Part shown: positions 52,301 through 64,000 of the stretch, in pieces | Position numbering within the stretch: the first letter of the stretch is position 1 | Layout: each line of letters begins with the position of its first letter | Assembly (NCBI GenBank): GCA_976226885.1 | Contig: OZ320317.1 | Location: 41,602,001 to 41,666,000 of the forward strand | Origin: Iphione sp. A-MEVVRFRX5 | Taxonomy: Eukaryota | Length of the DNA: 64,000 nucleotides | Direction of reading: 5' to 3' | Notes under the pieces: model-generated | What the model saw: the letters and a program-made list of their open reading frames with translations, nothing else | The model's database searches: none | Told to the model about the DNA's origin: nothing | Program-made: the position numbers and the translations under genes

Positions 52301-55300
52301 AAAAAACGACTGGTGTGGTCAAGGCCAAGTACTTGTGACAAACAGGATTTGCTGCCTACAAATAAACAGATTAGTGGAGGCAGGACTCATCAATGCTGAC
52401 CAACCAGGGTTGGCATTGGGCCACCGTGTGCTGCCTCTAGCTGCAGGCTCTTCATGGAGCCGACAGACTCCACTGTGGCTCGATGTTTATGTCTGGATCA
52501 CACAGAGTCAGACAACGTTGTAGAGCCAGTCTGGCGTAGTAGGCAGGATGTTTTGCAAGTTGCCGAATATGCTTAAGGGTCTGTCCCTATCTGACATCGA
52601 CAAGCAGGTATAGTAGTTCTGACAAGGTTGGTTTGAACTTCCAAGTACATGTACCTGTATGTGTATTTTTGTATATCACAAGTGCTCATTTCGCTGAGTG
52701 AAGACGTTACTTTTTGGATATATGCAAATGTGAAGGAATCATGTAGTAAATGTGAAAATATTATCAATATATGGCTCAGTTCGTCTTAAAACATCTGCGT
52801 TACATTTGTCCAGATGATATTGTGAGACCTCGACAGGGTAATGACTAGCACTTACATTTAGGTCGTTATTGCTTTTTGTTTGATATCAAAATAACATACA
52901 TAGGTGTCTTCTTTACCCATAGTTTGACTCGATACAGAACCAAATATGAAAGATATTAGAACTTTCTCAGATCACATATTTGTGGGGTTTCCTTCTCATC
53001 CGGTGGATCTACTTTTAGGCAACATTTCATATATTCGGTCTAACCAAACTCTTCAAAATTGTAGTTTAATCATCAGCTAGGATGAGTACTATATTTTTAT
53101 TTCAAAATATATATTTTTTATTTACTTATCCATTAACACGTACTTTGGCGCACGAGAGAACAAACTGAAACTTTGATCAGCTATGTAACATAGGCAGTTG
53201 ACATAGAATGCTTAATGATAAACGGTACGGCGAACCACTGGTGGAAGAGGGAACAATGACTAGATAGACGGGATGAGGCGGTCCATGGAAAATGAAAACC
53301 TTATTACCATGATGTGATACCATGATGTGATACTTTGCCAAACATCGAAACTTTAAGTATCAAGCATTTTGAGATGCGCCCTTTACATTACAGAAATGTT
53401 ACCAAATCTACTGCTGCAAAATGAAAATATCGCACCGGACAATAAATATCTACTTTAAATTTTCCCCCATTACTAAGAACGTGGGCATATTGGGAGGTCG
53501 ATGTCAGGCCATTAAAATCTAAATGGCTAACTGTCTTTCTGCATGCCTTCAAACGTTGAAATGTCAAAGGGTACAATGGGAACTACCCTCTTACCGAAAA
53601 CGCAACAGTTAAATATAGAACTACTTTTTGTTCGATTTATGTGCGAGATGAAAGCATTCACAAAAGGCTGTCGCAGTTTAGAACAGACCACAAGAAAACT
53701 GAACGAGTAAGGTGTTCCATAAGAAAAATGATTGCTTCTCGATCAGCGCCTGAAGGTCTGAATCAAACAGACATTAGCATTCAAACGAGTTTGTTTTCTT
53801 TTAAAAGAAAGGTTCTGCTGGTTAGACCTAGGAACATAGCTGCTACGTTCAACTAGAACTAAATTCAGAAACACGCGTACCAAAGACTGTGTATTTTAAA
53901 CTCTAGAATTAGTGTCCTACGTAGTCAAGCATTTGCAGATCGATGTGACATTTTAGCGCTCGCCTCTATCCATTTAGGCGAACCTGCCACACTCAGCTTA
54001 CACCCTATCACTGAAAAGATGCCAGGTCCAGACATGTCACAGGTACCACTGGAGGACCATTCAGAAAAAATCTAGTATTACAGAATCTCGTAGGATATCA
54101 AAAAGCATGGCAATGGACAGTTTCGAACGCATTTAAAATCCCAGGTGGCTACAAAATGATTGCTCTATATTGGATTTTTTTCCTGTATTCAAAATAGCAA
54201 CGTGTTTTGGCTTTTAGTAGATTGAAGTCATTAGCCTATATTTCCTCACATATGTATTCATAGCTCTGTGTGAAAATAACGCACACTGCGATGGTCATCT
54301 CAACAAGATGTAACAGGTCTAGGTACAGAATCAAACCTTCACGCAAGTTGTTTTTCCTTAAATGTGCTAACAATATATACAGAACACTGGCCTACACATG
54401 ATCCGCCCAGGGTAGAATTAACAACCGAAGTAACTCCCGTGAGCTAAATCTGAACAGACCTCTATAAAGAAGCTACCCTTGCCATCTAAATAGAAGTTTC
54501 GACTGTTCGGGTGGCAGCTAAAATGCATCCTCGACAAAAGCGGTGCTGACGTATGGGGAGGGGCGCGGGTGGGCCTAATTTGAGGGCTTGGCGTTGGGGT
54601 CGGGGTGGGTGGGGTAGGGCAGGTCGGAATAAGACAGCAACTGATCTTTAGTTTGTGTAGAGGCCGAAAAGAAGAAAAAACTCGTGTCTCCTTGAAGAGG
54701 TTAAATACGAGCTACCTCACACGGAAAGACGCGTGCAGCACGTGCTCCAGTGGACGATGTTCGGGGCCAGGGAGGCAGGGCAGGTGGCAAATGGGCCTTT
54801 TTTAACTCAAAAATTCCACCTCTTAACAGTCTTGCCGGATCAAGTTGGGTGCTGTAGGTGAGTCAGGAGGGGCAGAGATGCCATGTGGTGGGTCGGGGGG
54901 ATTAAGGTAGCCCATATCTTAATAGACTATTAGAATAGTCAGTCAGCGTAAGCAAAACACCGGCCGGTTTCTAGGACATTGGCTACCCAAACTGGATGCA
55001 TACTAGCCTTAAATATTGGAACGGGAACCCTAGATGTGTATAAAAACCCACACGTGCCTCACACACAAGCTTTAAACATATTTAAATCACTGAGATTTCA
55101 TATATACAATCCAGGCATATGAAATAGAGCAGCATCCCTGATCTTTTGGACCGACTAACTGCCTAGGCATTTGAACTGTTTTTGCAGGAGACATCGGATT
55201 AAAGGTCATTAAAATCTCATTAAAACGGACCTGGTTTGACTACAAGCACATCTGGAAAGTACGAGTGTTGTTTTCCTTTTTGTGAGTTAGTGCAGAGGTG

Positions 55301-57357
55301 AATATTATTTGAAAAGGCCCATAAAACATCCTTGATTTAAACTCCAACTCCAGTATCTAGAGTGCATATGTGGCTTGATACCACTGCAACAATGTGTGTG
55401 CTGCAGTGTGCAGCAGTGTGGCAACTACATGCATGTCTCAATGCTGATTTTGTACATTTCATGTGGCAGGATATGCTTTCAAGTTCGACTCTGGCAATAT
55501 ATCTGTAGCAGCTCATGCATGTTTATCCGTGAGTGGATGGCTTTGCATGCGTGAGGCGATCTGTATCAGTTCGTGTGTCAGTGCTTGCGGTAATCTCGGT
55601 TCGTGATTTTCCATGGGTGAGGAGATTCTAGCCGGCTAATTTGCTTATTAGCTGCTGGATGGCTTCTAATCACTGGAGCTTCCCTTGCGAGGGTTTTCTT
55701 CACAAACGATTCTCTAGTCTAACCTGTGTCCCTCCTATTCGTCGCGTCAACGACCCCTCTCTTCTAAACTTCAAGCTCCTGTCTCATCTCTGCCTGCTCC
55801 ACATATCACGTTCCGATGCCAACTCGCATCAAACTTCCTTCTCTTCCCCTGTCTCAACTACTATCATGGCTGTCCCTACTATCTACATTTGCCCTATCTT
55901 GTTGTCCCCTCCTTTGTAGATAGCCTCAACACTTTCCAGTACAGCTTCACTCTCTCAGTGAAATTCTCCACTTTGTTCTCTTCATCTCTTTCTCCCCGCC
56001 TCCAGTAAGATCTTCTGTCCTGTGCGAGTCCTTTTCTGTAAAGGGTACCCCATATAACAAAGAATTAACCTGCTTCTATAATGGAGGGGTAGTTCAGCCC
56101 TCAAAATGACTCGAAAATATCTTTATGAAGGTCTCAGACATGCGTGTTCCCCGAGTCCCTGATCATTGTAACATACGGACAAACACAAAAGTTATGTGAA
56201 GCATTTTTACAGCATCCGCAGAACATGTGCTTGTTAACGTGTAGACGAGCAGCAATATCAATAGGGAAACATGTTATACATTGTAAATCCTCGTAAGAAT
56301 TGATCTTTGCCTTTCTCTATTCATCCTACTGTTCCCTAGGTTTCTTCCCAACCTCAACTCCTCTATACAACTGTCCCGCTCTCTTCCTTAGTTTGCTCTT
56401 TATCTCTCTCTGTATCGCTCTCTTTCTGTTTCTAAGTCTCTCATAAACTATGCTTCTTAAGCTGTATCCTTCTTAACTCTTTTTCTAGGTTCTGTCGAAT
56501 GTTCCTGTCATCCCTTGCCGTACCTCTCTTCACCAGCCTGTACCTTTGAACCATTCACCTTTACGTCCACACAATAGCAACCGTTTTATTGTATGTCCAT
56601 GCTTCCGTCTAACAAACAACCCTACCACACCAAATGTCAAACAACCATTGCTGACCCTTAGCAGCAGATAGAGGCATTACAATCCTTCGTGCTGTCCGCC
56701 AGTAGGAGCCACCTACGGCTGCATATTGAGTTGTTCTCTGGATGTTGTAGTTTTCTTTTATGGCTGCAAGTTTGTTTCGGCTGTCACTAGATCCGACGGT
56801 GTCTGCCCAAATCCTTATCTCGCGCTACAGACCAATTAGTGAGACCTGAAGTCTATAGTCGTGTTGTCTAATGCAGATTACATTCTGGTAATCATATTGT
56901 GGTTGTCTGTGACAGGTAGAGCTCGATTCTCAGCCATATCTTATTAAGAGGAAATCTAAGTGCAAATCTGTATCTTGTTGGAGTAGGAATTTGTCAAGAG
57001 AGCTTGTGAACCACCTTCTAAAATTCACTATGTGTTGAATTAGCCACATTAGCATATGTAGTCTTAAGCAGAAAAACATCATATGGTAGAGCCATTATAT
57101 GATTGACATCATTATACGTGAAATCAGCTTGTACACTACAAGATTTGCCCAGTTCCTACAGCAGATGTTTGTTTTAATCGGATCTTAAATAAATATGTAG
57201 TAATATTTGTTATGGGTGTCACACAATCTAATACACTTAAGGATGTATGACTTTGACACATGCACACGAGACATGGGGAGGGGGGGTTAACGAATTTGGA
57301 TATCGACGAAATAACAGATCGATGTAAATTCAAAGACTCCATATAAACATATACATG

Positions 57358-57520
57358 CATGCCCGTAGCCAAGGGGGTATCGGGGTATCGTCGGATACCT
57401 CCCCCCACACAGACATTAATGCCTACAAATCTTCATAGAGATGACAAACATTAGTTCCACCCCTACAGTATTTGGGACATCGTCCGATAGCCCTCACCAA
57501 ACGTCCTGGCTATGGGCCTG
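57358..57520. mobile_element. MITE with hAT-like TIRs (163 bp)
   Basis: Left catgcccgtagccaag versus reverse complement of the right end caggcccatagccagg (13/16). Flanked on both sides by tacatg. Confidence 0.65.
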
Positions 57521-58417
57521 TACATGCACATGTAAGGGGAGATGTGGCTAGTTCTCCCCCCCCCCCGCCCCCCTAAAAAAATGAAATATATACATGTACG
57601 TGTAGAGGTATATATATATCATGCATCACTGATTTCTTCACTTTATGTACTACAAATTAAGATCGAAAAGCTTACCTGCGGTTGGGCACAATACGTGTTA
57701 TTAGTGACAATAGCCTTTTTTACATCTAGGAACAGTTGATTAAAAATTAGATTTGCCTAACGTTATATACAGTTCATGTTCTAGACAGAAAAGCTGTAAA
57801 ATGGTAACTAATAAGAATGATACATTACACAATATAAGATGGTGGTTGTTTCTTATCAGTTGAGCAAATGACACGCTGTAATTTAGAAGCTGCTCAGAGA
57901 TTGTTGCAACGTCATATCCGGTACCTAACCATTAGCAGAAGCCACCTAGCGCTAACTGCGACAACGCACTTCCGCTAATGATGCGAACTGTACTAAGTCG
58001 CCTGTTAACACCGTAGAGGGGGTGAGGATCCTGCCAGCTGTGGTAGAGGGAAGAAGCTGGTATGGGGGCCAGGAAGTAGGTCGTAGGAAGGAGGCGGTGA
58101 AAGAGAAAAAGGAAAACAGCACAGAAAGATGTGGAGAAGCAAAAATGACGATGAGGTAGAAGAAGGGTGCAAATGAGAGACGCAGCAGGGAGTATAGGCA
58201 TGTAGGACGGCGAAGGGTGACGTTCTGCTGGAGGCCTCAAGTTAGGAGAACGTTGGGAAGATAACCAGATAGGAAACGAGGAAGGAAGGAAGGCAGAAAG
58301 TGTAGGGTTTGGTAGGCGTAGTGTCTAACCGCCCCAAGCTCCGTAAATCAGACCCATTCACCAAACGAGCTCCATTGTGCTGCGACGTAACAGTCTCACC
58401 TCTAAAGATTTAGTACC

Positions 58418-58457
58418 TAATCCGGATTACCAGAGTTAATCCAATAATAGCGGATTA
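58418..58457. promoter_or_regulatory. Cluster of four K50-homeodomain (Otx/Pitx/Gsc-type) TAATCC sites
   Basis: TAATCC at 58418-58423, GGATTA at 58424-58429, TAATCC at 58437-58442, GGATTA at 58452-58457. Confidence 0.5.
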
Positions 58458-58696
58458 AGTCACACATTGTGAGGAAAATCAACGTCTGGATCTAACGTCC
58501 AAGACGCTCTTATTGCTTTCAATCAGAAGCGCCATTACAGTAGAAGTACATGACTAATGAGGACTATCTAAGGGACTGCATTAGCCAAGCTGTTCTCATC
58601 ATGCATTTTCCACCATTTTGACGGTGACAATACAAAACGAAAATTGTTGTGAGTGAAAACAGATGGCATGATCGGATATTCTACAAATACACATCT

Positions 58697-58752
58697 ATTC
58701 AGCACAAGGCCTGAGAGCATAGGCCCAGTCTGCCATAGGCCGTATGCTGAAT
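58697..58752. repeat. Inverted repeat / hairpin (16-bp stem, 24-nt loop)
   Basis: attcagcacaaggcct versus the reverse complement of aggccgtatgctgaat (attcagcatacggcct): 14/16 matches. Confidence 0.7.
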
Positions 58753-61700
58753 TCTACGTACTTTTTATAAGGTTCCAATCATTAATTTGTATTAGAACAT
58801 GACTTACAAACCATTTTAGACCACTTCTTTGAAGGAATAATAATCTTTTTTTGATTCACAGATGACATGTTTAGGGAGAGTTTTACTTTCACCTAGCATA
58901 CTGTGCGTAATTGACCCAACGAACAAACTGATCGTGCGCATCGTACACAATTTGTTTACTTCTGCTCTCTAGCGAGCATGGTGCCCTGGACTGAAAGTGT
59001 TCAAATTAATCAAAATTAAAGTTTAATTAGCGACTACACATGTCAAAAGGTTTGTTATTAAATAGTTAACGTCTTATTTTCACCCAAAATGGTCTATTCT
59101 CTCTATAATTATACGTACAAACGTCGAGTCAACACACGTCTGGAATTGTGTTTAATTCAGAATGGAGCATATTTAAACTTTGACCCAAAGAGCTCATGAG
59201 TCGCTGTACTCTTTGCACTTATTGAGTAAAGGTTATGTATACGATCTGCACTGCCATCGTGCTTGAACCATTGTCAACCTATTTTCCGTTATAGGGATGC
59301 ATGTGTGGGACGCATGGTTGAATACATGTCTGTGGACAGATCATCATAGAACCAGGTCCAAGAGCATACAAAAATAGGTTACACCTACAATGAAAATAAT
59401 AATATGACTCTTTGAAGTTGCTGGCGGGATCGACATAAATGCATTCATGTCTAGCGATTGCATTAACTGGTCTCCTAGTACCAAGGTCCTGTGGCATTTG
59501 AGTGCTTGTGTAGAAAAACAGTTGCATAATGTCTGCTCTATCTCCTGGCGAGAGATAGTTTATAGGCAAACTGCAGAAGAAAATTTAATCCAAAATATTG
59601 ATGACTTGACACGATTCATTGGATTTGAAATTTGGCAATTTGGCTAATACTACAATTAGCACATCAGGCATGTTTATCTTACACTAGCTGTCTGTCCTTT
59701 CCCCACAAATGTTGCTGCAAAAAGCATGGCGAAGGGATGCACACATCTTGACATACACCGGCATCACTGCAGATCTCCAGAAAGAGCAGAAATCTATAAA
59801 GAACACATTCCGACGTGTCATAACCGGAACATGAAACTATCAGAAGGTAGGAAAAACGTGCAGGTATTTTAAAGTCGACGAGTGGTTACTAAGTGTATAC
59901 AATGCTCTTGTCGGAGGAAGTGTTTAAAAAAAAGAAATGAAACTCAAAGACTCAATAGACCGTGCTACTCGCAGTCCTTCCTCCTTTTCTGATTCTTCTC
60001 TCCTATTGCACGTATCATCATTGCTAGCCACGGGAATGAATGAAAGGAAGAGGGAAAATGTAGTATAAAGAATCACAGACGGCCACGCTATGATAATACT
60101 ATTGTAGTGGCATGATAATCTTGTTGCGTGATTGACTGGCGCAATCAACTTTACACGCCATGATCTTCATTATTATTTTACAGATTTTACTTGAAACTAA
60201 GTATCTATATACAAGGTATATTGTGTCTAGTTGTGTTAAGAATATGAACCAGTGTGATTTACAAATGATGACATGATCTGCAAGGGCAAAATTTCGCAAT
60301 TGACTACAGACTCAACTGCATCTCGTTAAATGCCGGTTTCTTCAAGAAACCAGTTTATTCAGTTAGAGATTGGTATGAAATTCCCTCTACATAAGAACAT
60401 GAGAACAAAGTAGATAAACCCAATGTTTTGTACTTGATGACAAATAGTGAATATATTATACACGCTTACCTAGACATTCACTCAAGCGCATGGACAAACC
60501 TACACAGTAAGTACAAGGCATGTATTACAACTCTACAGACGGAAGTCCATTTCCCAACCGCATATTGTATTTAATTCATTTAAAATACGCTGTCGACTGA
60601 AAGGTTTCCATTAGAGCTAAATTCAGTGCTCATCTCTGGTTTGATGGGATGGCATTTATTTTGAGCGCAGTCTTAAAACAAGGCGTTTTACTCACGTGCA
60701 AACATCCTGATCCATTGCAATGAATAGGCACCGAAAACAACTGAGAGATGTTCACATAATGCTGGTCGTATCCCTCTTTAATTGGTACAGGTAGTTTCGA
60801 GAATGTATTTTGAATTTTGTTAAACAGATGCAATGTTTTTTTTTAAATTTTGTTAAACAGCTGTAATACAACTTTCAAAACTGTCTGCCTATTTAGGATA
60901 CGTGCTGCCTGAACACCATGCTGGATCTATCGGGTAAGCCACACAATTCATGCATAATATGCCTAACATTCAGATTTCATTTCAACGCAAGTTGATCATA
61001 CTGCATAGAATTCTAATGCGCTTGTCTATGGCAGGTGTCATCATCTTCTGACCATTACAGCCGTTCTCAGAGTGTCCTTAATTTGGTAACCCAAAGGCAG
61101 GTTAACCATAACAAGGCAATTTTTCTGTCCGATCTAGATATTACTGAGTAATGAAGGGATCCAGTAGCTCGTTGAGAAAATCATATCGTAGAACAGGTTA
61201 ATGCAGCAGACAGATAAACGACACGGCAGTAGGAAACGAGCGGTATAAACGCAAGTATAACTAAACAAACTGAGAAACGCGTATGTGCATACATGGCACA
61301 TTATAGGTACGTGTAAATTGGAAGTTAAAGTCGTACACGAAAAAGTACATTCATAACCTCATTTCAGTCAGATTTTTAGCATATGCATTGATGTTGCAAG
61401 TCCTACATGTTGCAAATGTAGGATTTCAACCTCATTTTACGGATGATCTAGACCTAAATCTACAAAACAAGATGGAATTGATTACGCAAGTCACAAAATA
61501 AACATGCTAACCATTAATCCACAACAAGGTAGCTAATATTTGGAACGCTAGGTGTATTGCTTTTTTTATCAAGAGAGGTGCAGAATTGATGGTTCCTCCC
61601 TCCTTGTGTAATTATAAACTATGCTTTTAGTATGATTATGTCCACCATAACCGGATGGCACTTAAAAGAACCTATAAATACCTAGGTATTTATGCTTAGG

Positions 61701-62134
61701 TCACTAAATCACTATGACATGTCTGGGCCCCCTTGTGTCTCCATTACATTTATCTCTGTATCATATTAAAACTGGTTCACTATGATTAAAGAGGGTATAT
61801 ACTTCACTAGCAACTGGTGGATTATACCTGACATGGGTGTCTGTTATCGAAGTCTAAGTTCCTCAGTGCGTTAAGCAGTTCCGGAACACTAAGGCTTCGC
61901 GAAGACGCGGAGATCTCAACAATTTTTACCAAACGAACACAGACTTTTTTGTTCGGGAACGAACACATTACATCGAAACTTTCGATATGAAAAGTCTCTC
62001 CAACAGCATGGTTTTATGATCCGCCTAACAACTTACCCTCTGGTCCCTGTGACATCTCCCACTGTGTGTGAGAACTTGACCTTATTTTTTCTTATGGCAG
62101 CTATCCCTCGGCTCTCCAATCCCAATTTACCTTC

Positions 62135-62610
62135 TTGACAGCCGCGACGCTATATACCGGCGATCACGTGACAAACTCTGATCCTGAGGCCCGCTATCGG
62201 CCTCCCTGCCCTGGGCGCTCACCCCCTCGTCGACAGTGATATATGATTCTCCTTTGAGTTCCTCTCGCCGAGTGGCTCAATTACAGTCTTGAGCTAATCC
62301 ACCGAGCGACGTTTATTGCTCCCCGGGGACGTCCTGTCCCGAGCCCCTTGTCTCGGTCTTCCCTACTTCCCTTGGCCGACCCCACCCACGGACCAGGCCG
62401 CCTAAGTCTCCCCGGGACCGGCCATCGGGCTTACCAGTCGGCCTGACGGCCTACCTAGGAGGCCCCCCCCCCCCCTCGGCCCCGGTCCTCCAGTCGTGTC
62501 CCGCGGGCAGGCGGGCGCATTCCCCGCACGCCCTGAAACAAGCCTCGGGCCAGATTAAGCCAAGCCCAACTAAGCCCGTACAAGGCCTCATCAGCCGGGC
62601 TTACAGTTGG
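62135..62610. promoter_or_regulatory. GC/CpG-rich island-like segment
   Basis: Visibly GC- and CpG-rich relative to its flanks and without a recognisable ORF. Contains gctatata, TCACGTGAC and five TAATCC/TAAGCC-type hexamers. Confidence 0.35.
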
Positions 62611-63648
62611 TTGGCAGAGAAGTTGGAAGGGAGGGAGCGGAGTTGGGGAGTGGGGTTGGGGGTGGTGGGTTCAGTTGAATAAAGTCGTACCGGGAAGCCG
62701 TAACCTTGGAGATCCCTACAGCTTGAAGCTGGAGCGGGGAAAGGGGAATGGGTAGTCGGAATCGACATGGGAATACACAGGAATACGTTAAGATGGGGCA
62801 GGAGAGTTACAAATGCTGCAGGAGAGAGGACGGGAGACTTGGTGGTGGGACAAAAGGGGGAAGATCGGGTGATTTAAGGGGAAGAGAGAAGAACAATGCC
62901 AATGTGAGTGCGATCGGAGCTGGAGGGACACAAATCCTCACATGAGACAAAAGAGAAGGGAGGAGAAAAGAAAAGAGCTAGAAAGAGAGGTGAGATACAA
63001 AGAGAGAGTGAGAAAGAGAGTTTCAATCCGTTTCTTATCAAGCGAAGCAATAATGAAGGTACAGATCTCTAGCCCGGCTGGCATAGGTACCCTCTCCCGT
63101 TCCCATATCATGTATGGAAAGAATGTGTCTGAGTACGTCAGTTGAGCTAGGAGAATAAGACGGAAGAAATAGTGAATAAAGCTGTATTGTTAGATAATTA
63201 TAATGGAGATTATGCATATAGATTATGAAGAAAGCGGATGGAGAGAAAAATAGAACTTTGATCTGATAGTTAATGTCAAAGGGAAGGAAAGAGGGACAAG
63301 TCAACAAATGCAAGAAAGCAGAGTAAAGACACACAAAAGGAAGGAGAAATACAGAGATTTGTAACTAGTAATAGAGATAAGACAAGACAGCGCAAGAAGA
63401 AACGAGGGAGAGGAAGATAACTAGACAGCAAACTATAAACGAACATGAATCTTTCTACGCCGGGCAATGAAAAGGTCAACGTAGATTAATGACGAGATAG
63501 GAGAGCGTACCTGCAGACCAATATACCCCAAACAAACAGAGGAAACTGTCACAAGCCTTGAAGAGTAAAGGGAGCTGCAGAACGTTCTATGGACATTTCA
63601 AGATGAATCCTTTGTCATGAAATCATTGTATTGCCCACGAGAGACGAG

Positions 63649-63651
<3 letters not shown>

Positions 63652-63720
<69 letters not shown>
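63652..63720. repeat. (GA)n microsatellite, about 34 units
   Basis: Perfect ga run read directly. Confidence 0.98.
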
Positions 63721-63723
<3 letters not shown>

Positions 63724-64000
63724 ATGACGCCGATCGAGAGACAGAGAATGATGGTGTGAAACGATCCCTTTCTGCTAAAAAAGAAGATAGCGAGACGAAT
63801 TAAGCAAAACGAGGCTGTAATTGAGAATATTATTCCTCGTGCAAAAGAAGCTGCCCGCATCCGTGTAGGTATTGAGCTTCGGCCATGTATTATATATGGA
63901 TTTTGTACATTATTTGTATTATTAATACATAGTTCTTACATCAACAGTACTCTATTTAAAGGGGAGAAAGATAACGACCAACAGGGTCAGGTGTGAGGGC

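Noticed and set aside
1-64000. tRNA, rRNA, tRNA-derived SINE, CRISPR array, endogenous viral ORFs
   Set aside because: Isolated gttcga B-box-like words lack A-boxes and cloverleaf stems; I saw no repeat-spacer array and no long viral-like ORF.

Overview
AT-rich (roughly 40-45% GC) animal genomic DNA, mostly non-coding and repeat-rich. The style of the lectin domain suggests a lophotrochozoan such as an annelid; that is inference. The only well-supported host coding sequence is a pair of + strand exons (44829-44994 and 45478-45596, separated by a 483-bp GT-AG intron) that splice into one complete 8-cysteine SUEL/galactose-rhamnose-type lectin domain. I could not identify its other exons in the window. 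There is one 5'-truncated, decayed RTE-clade LINE (about 13246-15247) with strong CpG decay, several MITEs or non-autonomous DNA transposons, a possible pogo/Tigger remnant, micro- and minisatellites, many strand-skewed purine or pyrimidine tracts, and a 163-nt assembly gap. Several compact motif clusters (K50 homeodomain TAATCC, CTCF/NRF1-like, E-box plus TCF) look like cis-regulatory modules. I found no tRNA, rRNA, CRISPR array or intact transposase, and nothing I can defend as a complete new biological system. Most ORFs in the supplied track look spurious.
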